Assembly (NCBI GenBank): GCA_041736305.1
Contig: JBGSTX010000060.1
Span: 1-13,099 of the forward strand
Source of the DNA: Oligoflexus sp.
Lineage (GTDB): Bacteria > Bdellovibrionota_B > Oligoflexia > Oligoflexales > Oligoflexaceae
DNA length: 13,099 nucleotides
Direction of reading: 5' to 3'
The translations under genes were made by a program, and so were the position numbers. This document shows, piece after piece, positions 6,973 through 13,099 of the stretch (the stretch's first letter is position 1; every line of letters begins with the position of its first letter). Under the pieces are notes generated by a model. That model was not told the DNA's origin. It was given only the letters and a program-made list of their open reading frames with translations, and searched no databases.

Positions 6973-8427
6973 TCATAGTCGATGAGGTGAGTCAACCGTA
7001 GCTGGACTGCTCTTGGGCAGGAATAGCGGAAGCTTAATGGCAAACGTCGACCCCTTGCCCGGTGCGCTGCTAAGCTCAACTTTGCCCCCGTGGGCTTCGA
7101 CGATCTTCTTGGCGACCGATAGCCCGAGACCTACCCCAGGGATGGTTTGCTTGGTAGCTTTGGTCCGGCGGAAGGGTTCGAAAATTTTATGTTGATCTTC
7201 AGCATCAATGCCGATCCCTTGATCCTGGATCGTAACCCTAGCAAAACCCTCTTCTTTACGAATAGCTACCTTGATAGTCCCGCCATGCGGAGAATACTTG
7301 ATCGCATTGCTCATCAGATTGTGCATGACTTGATTGATCCTCAAAGGGTCGCAGTCACAGGTCATAGGTCCTTCAGCGACAAAGGAAATTTGATGTATTT
7401 TTGAGGATGATTCATGCAGGGATACCGCCTCCTTCACAATATCGCGAACGTCATAAGGGGATTTTTTGAGCTCGAGATGTCCAGCTTCGACGCGACTGGA
7501 TTCCAAAAGATCTCCGACCATCCTATCGAGCAGGCTAACCTGGTTTGAGATGATGCTGAGGATACGCTTTCGATCAGAGGTTGGCATTTCATCCATGTTC
7601 AGGATTTCTGCTGAAAGCTTGATCGCGCCCAAAGGGTTTCTTAGATCATGCGCAACGCCGGCTAGGAAGCGCAGCTGATTGGATTTTTGCTCACCCAGGC
7701 GCTGGACCATATCGCGGAAAGCCCCACTCATCAATTGGATTTCCTGAACACCCTCCTTGATTTCGGCTATTTCGAAATCCTTGCCGTTGAAGGCGGTGAG
7801 ACTGGCATGCAAGTTCCTTATCGGCTTGTATATCCAGTTACGGAAAAAATACCACATGGTCGGGAAGGTCAGCATACAAATCACGACATAGAATATTCCG
7901 AGGGCATTGGCTATTCGATTCTCATTTTCGGCGCGCGTTTCCAGCTCGCCAGCTTGTCGCATGTTGATGGAGGTGAGGCCTTTGGCTTCCTCAGCTGCGG
8001 ACTCCAGAGACTGACCAACGAGCATGTAAGCGTCGAGCGGAAGCGTCTCGCTGAGATCGAGTTCTTCGATCGTCACAAAGTAGTTTTTGACCTTGCCACG
8101 TAGGCGCTCGACCAATTCCTTTTCGTTATGACCTGCTTGTATATGGCGATTCGCCTCGTCGAGCCAAAGGCTAATTTCCTCGATCCTCGCCTGCTGCGCT
8201 TGCAGATGAATGGCATCCTTAGTCATGCGGTAGAGGAACCATTCTTTGCTATGGCCAAGTAAGCTGATGCGAATTTCTTCGGCGGCCCGCACGCTCTCAA
8301 TGGTTTGTCCAATGTGGGCACTGGTTTTTTTTAGGCTAGATGCGATGAAAATAAGCGAGAGTGCTGAGGTTAGGAGAGTTATAAAATGTATTGACGACAA
8401 GACATTGAGGACTTGCTTTAGTTTCAT
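6973..8427 (-). CDS. Membrane sensor histidine kinase with HAMP domain
   Basis: Two TM segments; HAMP-like KPIRNL...EIQLMSGAFRDMVQRL; H-box AHDLRNPL; NLMSNAIKYS; DQGIGI; FEPFRR; GVGLGL. Confidence 0.95.
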   Translation of the reverse strand: MKLKQVLNVLSSIHFITLLTSALSLIFIASSLKKTSAHIGQTIESVRAAEEIRISLLGHSKEWFLYRMTKDAIHLQAQQARIEEISLWLDEANRHIQAGHNEKELVERLRGKVKNYFVTIEELDLSETLPLDAYMLVGQSLESAAEEAKGLTSINMRQAGELETRAENENRIANALGIFYVVICMLTFPTMWYFFRNWIYKPIRNLHASLTAFNGKDFEIAEIKEGVQEIQLMSGAFRDMVQRLGEQKSNQLRFLAGVAHDLRNPLGAIKLSAEILNMDEMPTSDRKRILSIISNQVSLLDRMVGDLLESSRVEAGHLELKKSPYDVRDIVKEAVSLHESSSKIHQISFVAEGPMTCDCDPLRINQVMHNLMSNAIKYSPHGGTIKVAIRKEEGFARVTIQDQGIGIDAEDQHKIFEPFRRTKATKQTIPGVGLGLSVAKKIVEAHGGKVELSSAPGKGSTFAIKLPLFLPKSSPATVDSPHRL

Positions 8428-8485
8428 TTCTCTCTCTCGGCAATAGGAAACGGTGTCGAATTCTAGCTCCTCTAATGTGATGGAA

Positions 8486-8514
8486 CAATAAGAAGGGCAG
8501 CAACATGCTGCCCT
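8486..8514 (-). terminator. Probable intrinsic terminator of the DUF4142 gene
   Basis: Perfect 9-bp inverted repeat AGGGCAGCA (8494-8502)/TGCTGCCCT (8506-8514), followed on the minus strand by TCTTATTG, an imperfect U-rich tail. Confidence 0.6.
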
Positions 8515-8559
8515 CTGCTTGCAAGGAAAGCTTAGCTCTCCCGATCTATTTCAAAAAAA

Positions 8560-9126
8560 TTAAAGGCCTTCAGCTAAGCGAAGATGTTCGCGAATGACGG
8601 GCTCATTGAGGTAAGCCAGAGCACGGACACGGAGGTCCGATATTTCAGACTCGGCTCTAATAACAAGATTGAGGGTGTTTTGGTGTCCTTGGACAGCCAT
8701 AGGAGCTAAGGTCGCACGGAAATCGATATCACCGGTACTTTCCAGAACGTCAAAGCTGTTATTCAAGTCCTGCTGGAGGATAGCGACATTGCTTAAAAAC
8801 GCGGGGGTATCGAGACTAACACCCTTTTCTTTAGCCGCAGCCTTTACCAGGTCGTCGGCGAGTGAGTGATCACGCACCATAGCTTGACCATAGCGCAGGA
8901 GCTTTTCATCCTGGCCAGCCCTTTGTATGATGAGACTTCCCATCTTGATTTCTGCCTGATTGGTGACATGCAAGAGTTGTAGGAACTCGACGCTGCTAAG
9001 GTCCTGAGCTTCACGGGTTGTATCAGAAAAAGCAACAGTATCAGAATTTACTGCTGATGCCTGAGTGGCGAAGATAGGTAGAAGCAAACCGAGAGCGCAG
9101 CTTAGATAAGTTTTTGATACGAACAT
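8560..9126 (-). CDS. Secreted DUF4142 domain protein (ferritin-like fold)
   Basis: Signal peptide ending near ASA; motifs NQAEIKMGSL, YGQAMVRDHS, VQGH and PVIREHLRLA; AAGGGA RBS. Confidence 0.85.
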   Translation of the reverse strand: MFVSKTYLSCALGLLLPIFATQASAVNSDTVAFSDTTREAQDLSSVEFLQLLHVTNQAEIKMGSLIIQRAGQDEKLLRYGQAMVRDHSLADDLVKAAAKEKGVSLDTPAFLSNVAILQQDLNNSFDVLESTGDIDFRATLAPMAVQGHQNTLNLVIRAESEISDLRVRALAYLNEPVIREHLRLAEGL

Positions 9127-9218
9127 AGTATTTCCCTTTTTTAAGACATTCCTTTCATGGTTCTAATTGAATTTAGGACCAGAGGGAATCGGTTTGATCC
9201 CTCATGCGTCTCAGCTGC

Positions 9219-9737
9219 TTACTTTACAAGATCGGCACGTTTAAAAGTGGATTTGAGAGGTACAGATGCTGTCGAACCATTGAAACGTTCTTCGAGAGAC
9301 TCCGTCGCCTGGTTGAGAAGCTCAGCGGTATCGTGGAAAGTATCGCCCTTTCGCAGGTAAGTCCGATGAGTGAAATCGCCATTCTGCAAAGCATCGATAT
9401 GCTTTTCAAACGCGACTATTGGACCAACCAGTCTATGCGTGTACCAGATAGAAAGCACCACCATCGAAGCTACGTAGCAAGCGACAATCAGATAAATGAA
9501 GAACTGAATGGACGCGAGGTTCTGCCTCAGCATTGACTCAATAGTCGCCTCAGCTCGCGTGAGATGCATGGTGTAATCGATAAATCTGGCCATGTTCACA
9601 TAAATTACAAAACTTAAGAAGACTCCGAAAGCAAGGGATACAGTAATACAGTAGATACCAAGCTTAGTCTGAACCAGAGGACGAATCAAAAAATTGGAAA
9701 GTTTGCGTTTGATTGGCTTTTCTTCCATAGCTTCCAT
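9219..9737 (-). CDS. Small two-TM membrane protein with HAMP-like domain and no output domain
   Basis: RKLSNFLIRPLVQ N-terminus, two hydrophobic helices, then THRLVGPIVAFEKHIDALQNGDF...LRKGD...AELLN. Confidence 0.75.
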   Translation of the reverse strand: MEAMEEKPIKRKLSNFLIRPLVQTKLGIYCITVSLAFGVFLSFVIYVNMARFIDYTMHLTRAEATIESMLRQNLASIQFFIYLIVACYVASMVVLSIWYTHRLVGPIVAFEKHIDALQNGDFTHRTYLRKGDTFHDTAELLNQATESLEERFNGSTASVPLKSTFKRADLVK

Positions 9738-9739
9738 CC

Positions 9740-10771
9740 TTAAGAACCGCTGAGGGCAAATTGAAAACTAAGTTCGCCGATCAAGCTGGGGCCTACTGGA
9801 AAATCCAATCCCATAAGCTTGTACATCATGCATTCGAGAAACACGCTGTCGTTTATGTCGCTTTGTTTCATTTTGAGGGATTTGATGCTTTTTGTAACTG
9901 ATGAATATACGAAAGTATAGCTGAGCTGACCTTGGGCGTTCGGCTCTCGCTCCAGGTGATCGAGGTAGCAGCTGCGAATGTCGGGATCGTTCGCCTCTAG
10001 AGTCTTAGCCATCGCCGGTGCGAAGCTGTTCTGGCGAAATAGGTTCAGTTTGTAGACCATACTGATAGTACGTGAGCTCCGGAACACCTGACGCAGTTCC
10101 TGCTGATCTTGCCCGGCCTTGGTTTTAGCGTTGCTGCCCTTTAAATTCAGGAGGATGCGTCCATCGGCACCATCGATGACAGCTGCGAAGCTGCCTTGGG
10201 ATTTTTCAGGACGAAACACATTCTTGCCTCGCTTGGCGAGAACTTTTAAGAGGCCTTTTTGCATTTGAACTAAATACCAGACTCCAAAATGGGCTAGGTT
10301 TTGGCCGCTAATTTTGAAGCTGTGGCGATAGGGTCCTTGCCACTGCAAGACGTGTCCTTGGGGATCCGTGAGACTAACACGCATGAGATCATATTCATCT
10401 TCTTTCAATTTCCAGACTTTAGCCGGATGGTCCTTAAGATCTTGGGTATCGGTCTGAAATTGATAAAGAAGTTGGCGTTTGCGCCCCAGCAAAGTGAAGG
10501 TAAAGCTCCCGGGACGAAAGCGGGCTGAGCTATCGGCTATGACGCCTTGCAGATAAAAAGCCCCTTCGTCGGCCTCCAAAAGCTCGCCGTTCCATACTTT
10601 CGGCACCAGAGTCCGGAGTTCGCTAGCCGAAAGCCTGGGATAGTAGAATCCAAGGAAAAGGATCAATAAAAAGCCAAAGCTATAGGCACCGCAAACTGGC
10701 AAAACGAGGCCCTCCGCCCATGAGACGAGATCCTCTGAGTATATCAGATCTTGTCTAGCATGGGACTCCAC
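9740..10771 (-). CDS. Exported protein with AgmX/PglI-type (TonB-C-like) C-terminal domain
   Basis: Hydrophobic segment FGFLLILFLGFYY near the N-terminus; C-terminal DIRSCYLDHLEREPNAQGQLSYTF...FLECMMYKLMGLDFP...LSFQF pattern. True start may lie downstream of 10771. Confidence 0.7.
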   Translation of the reverse strand: MESHARQDLIYSEDLVSWAEGLVLPVCGAYSFGFLLILFLGFYYPRLSASELRTLVPKVWNGELLEADEGAFYLQGVIADSSARFRPGSFTFTLLGRKRQLLYQFQTDTQDLKDHPAKVWKLKEDEYDLMRVSLTDPQGHVLQWQGPYRHSFKISGQNLAHFGVWYLVQMQKGLLKVLAKRGKNVFRPEKSQGSFAAVIDGADGRILLNLKGSNAKTKAGQDQQELRQVFRSSRTISMVYKLNLFRQNSFAPAMAKTLEANDPDIRSCYLDHLEREPNAQGQLSYTFVYSSVTKSIKSLKMKQSDINDSVFLECMMYKLMGLDFPVGPSLIGELSFQFALSGS

Positions 10772-11859
10772 GGCAGAGGACGGAGAGAAGTCTCCTCCAC
10801 CAGCGACACGTCATCGACCAGGATCACAGCGTGCTTGAGATCGAGCCGGATGCCTATTTCGGTACCGACGGCATGAACCTCGTGATGGCTAGAAGTAAAG
10901 CAGTGGATTTCACAGCCACTCTTGAGGCCGAGATGATAAACCCTATACATGCCGCGAAAGGCGACGCGTCGCACTAGGGCTCGCATACTAGCGCTATCGT
11001 CATGGACGATATCGTCAGGCCGCAGAAGGACGACGACCTTGTTGCCATGCAGAGGCTTGATGTCGTCCGTGCAAACCAGTTCTCCTAGCTCTGAGATGAG
11101 ACAGCCTTGATCGTTCACTTCCGCGGGCAGGAAAGCCCCCATCCCCAAAAACTCAGCCACCGTCCGCGTTTTCGGTCGGTGGTAGAGATCGTAAGCCGAA
11201 CCCCACTGAATGATTTGTCCCTGGGACATCACGCCGATTTCATCGGCCATATCGAAAGCTTCGTCTTGATTGTGAGTCACTATAAGAGCCGTTACCCCAA
11301 AATACTGCAGCAGAACCTTGAGCTCGTGCTTCATGCGATCCCGAAGCGCTGGATCGAGATTGGAAAAGGGTTCGTCGAGCAGCAGAAGCTCAGGTTCAGG
11401 TGCTAAAGCTCGGGCGAGGGCTACGCGCTGTTGCTGGCCTCCCGATAATTCGCCAGGATAACGGTCACGGTAGGCTTCAAGTGCAACCGAGTGCAGGAGG
11501 TTCTGTACCTTCAGCTTGCGCTGGGCTTCGGGTAGTTGACGAATACCGAAGCCGATATTCTGAGCGACAGTCATATGGGGGAACAGCGCATAATCTTGGA
11601 AAACCACTCCGACCCGGCGTTGTTCCGGCGGAATAAAATTCTCAGGGCTGCTGACGCAGCGCTGATTGAGAGTAATACTCCCCCGCTTGAGGACTTCGAA
11701 TCCGGCCACACAGCGCAGCAACGTGGTCTTCCCACAGCCGCTAGGTCCGAGCAGACAGGCGATCATACCGTCTTTGAGTTCGAGGCTGACGCCGCGCAGA
11801 GTGCTCTTGTCGCCGTATTGATGCTCGACGTCTTCTATCTTCAATACAACGCGGGGCAT
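10744..11859 (-). CDS. fbpC: Fe3+-type ABC transporter ATP-binding subunit (FbpC/PotA family)
   Basis: Walker A GPSGCGKT, VFQDYALFPH, signature LSGGQQQRVALAR, LLLDEPFSNLD, VTHNQDEA, TOBE-like tail. Start placed at ATG 11859 (MPRVVL), 4 nt after the permease stop, with AAGGA upstream. Confidence 0.9.
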   Translation of the reverse strand: MPRVVLKIEDVEHQYGDKSTLRGVSLELKDGMIACLLGPSGCGKTTLLRCVAGFEVLKRGSITLNQRCVSSPENFIPPEQRRVGVVFQDYALFPHMTVAQNIGFGIRQLPEAQRKLKVQNLLHSVALEAYRDRYPGELSGGQQQRVALARALAPEPELLLLDEPFSNLDPALRDRMKHELKVLLQYFGVTALIVTHNQDEAFDMADEIGVMSQGQIIQWGSAYDLYHRPKTRTVAEFLGMGAFLPAEVNDQGCLISELGELVCTDDIKPLHGNKVVVLLRPDDIVHDDSASMRALVRRVAFRGMYRVYHLGLKSGCEIHCFTSSHHEVHAVGTEIGIRLDLKHAVILVDDVSLVEETSLRPLPWSPMLDKI

Positions 11860-11863
11860 TAGT

Positions 11864-13099
11864 TTAGTTTCCTTTCCGACTGAATAAGAACAAAGGCAAG
11901 ATACCGATTCCAACTAGGAGGAGAGCCGGCACAGATGCCCGCTGCCACTCCCCTTCGCTTATAAAGCTGTAGATGCGAACCGACAGGGTGTCCCATCCGA
12001 AGGGTCGCGTCATGAGGGTCAGCGGCATTTCCTTAATTACATCGACAAAAACCAGGAGAAAACCTGAGGCGAAGCTAGTTCGTAGCAGCGGCCAATGAAC
12101 GAGGCGAAACTGGCTCCAGCCATAGGTTCCGAAGAGAGTCGCCGATTCATCGAGCCGCGACGACACTCGTTCGCTGCCAGCGTCGAGCGAGGATCCTGCG
12201 ACAGCTAAAAAACGCACACTGAGCGCCACTACCATGCTGAAAACTGTACCGGTGAGGATGAGACCACCCTTGTAAGCGAAGAATCTCTCCAGAATATCGA
12301 CGAGCCAATGATCGAGGTGGACCAGAGGCAAGAAAACCCCAATCGCCAAAACAGCCCCGGGGATACCGTAACCGAGGTAGGACAGCTGCTTGCTCCGCTC
12401 CAATTTATTGATGGGAAAATAGCGTTTTGCCAGCACCACTATCCCAGCCGCTAGACTCGTGACCGTCGCCGTGAGAAGGCCGAGCAAAATCGATCGCCAA
12501 ATTGCCGATAGATTGTCGGCATCGAGGAACTGCGAGGAATATTGCTTCGCCCAGATGACGAGCTGAGTCGCCGGCACTGCGAAAGCTGCTAGGAAGATGC
12601 CCCAGGCGAAAAGCGAGGCCAGGATCATGGGTGTTCCTCGCAGCAGGAGCCTCTGCATTTTACGCGTCGGATCTTGGGTCGTATAAGCTCGCCTCTGGCG
12701 AGAACGCTGTTCGAGGAAATAGATAAAAAATGCGATCAGAACCAGAAAAGTCGAAAGCTGCGCCGCAGTTTCAGGCGAAAAGAATCCGTACCAAACTTTA
12801 TAAATAGCGGTCGTGAATGTGTTGACGCCGACTATCGTTACCGTACCGAAGTCGTTCAAGACCTCCAGGGCGACCAGACAAAGCCCACCGGCTATCCAGG
12901 GCCGGGCGAAAGCCAACGCCAGTCGCTTAAAAACATAGCGAGGGCTCGCTCCTAGTGAACGGGCAGCTTCCCATGTGCTTCGTCCCTGAGAACTGAAGGC
13001 ATCGTAGCTCAGTACGTACACATAAGGATAAAGCGAGAGGGCGAGCAGGACGATGCCCCCGGGGAGGGAACGGATTTCGGGGATAAAGGCATCTGTGCC
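11864..13099 (-). CDS. fbpB: Fe3+ ABC transporter permease (FbpB family), 5' partial
   Basis: Frame is open to the window end (GTDAFIPEIRSLPGGIVLLALSLYPYVY...). Two EAA loops (EAARSLG, DESATLFG) and motifs LNDFGTV, GYGIPGAVLAIG, KEMPLTLMTRPFGWDTL. Confidence 0.92.
   Translation of the reverse strand, partial: GTDAFIPEIRSLPGGIVLLALSLYPYVYVLSYDAFSSQGRSTWEAARSLGASPRYVFKRLALAFARPWIAGGLCLVALEVLNDFGTVTIVGVNTFTTAIYKVWYGFFSPETAAQLSTFLVLIAFFIYFLEQRSRQRRAYTTQDPTRKMQRLLLRGTPMILASLFAWGIFLAAFAVPATQLVIWAKQYSSQFLDADNLSAIWRSILLGLLTATVTSLAAGIVVLAKRYFPINKLERSKQLSYLGYGIPGAVLAIGVFLPLVHLDHWLVDILERFFAYKGGLILTGTVFSMVVALSVRFLAVAGSSLDAGSERVSSRLDESATLFGTYGWSQFRLVHWPLLRTSFASGFLLVFVDVIKEMPLTLMTRPFGWDTLSVRIYSFISEGEWQRASVPALLLVGIGILPLFLFSRKGN

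Noticed and set aside
9182-9203. Hairpin GAGGGAATC-GGTTT-GATCCCTC after the HAMP gene
   Set aside because: Bulged stem with no U tract; it may be a weak terminator or stabiliser but cannot be supported.
10876-10893. His-rich SSHHEVH in the ATPase tail as a novel metal sensor
   Set aside because: As I recall, similar SHH-containing tails are common in FbpC-type TOBE domains, so it is not distinctive.
11860-11913. Longer N-terminus of the ABC ATPase
   Set aside because: It overlaps the permease end; ATG 11859 fits both the domain start and the RBS.
2486-12955. Numerous 60-140-aa ORFs antisense to or nested in the main genes (e.g. 7687-8103, 9204-9536, 11536-11862)
   Set aside because: Shadow ORFs of well-supported genes with no motifs or translation signals.

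Overview
Bacterial chromosomal window. The gene content (AgmX/PglI-like domain protein, stand-alone HAMP membrane protein, DUF4142) suggests Bdellovibrionota/Oligoflexia or a related lineage; this is inference only. The + strand carries the 3' end of a TonB-dependent receptor, a tandem pair of diverged ~80-bp hairpin repeats and a hypothetical protein. The rest reads on the - strand: Fe3+-type ABC permease (partial) and ATPase, an AgmX/PglI-C-terminal-like protein, a HAMP membrane protein, a secreted DUF4142 protein, two sensor histidine kinases with homologous sensor domains, an NtrC-family sigma54 activator, and an MBOAT + SGNH-like O-acylation pair. The best finding is an unannotated non-coding unit right behind the activator gene. 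It has a well-spaced sigma54 -24/-12 promoter (3856-3872), a phased pair of enhancer-like palindromes inside the activator's 3' tail (3925-3959), and a ~77-nt ORF-less transcript with an anti-Shine-Dalgarno motif that ends in an intrinsic terminator (3769-3845). This is a candidate kinase-kinase-activator-to-sRNA circuit, architecturally like Qrr/CrcZ/Pxr. All calls come from reading motifs by eye; no searches were run.
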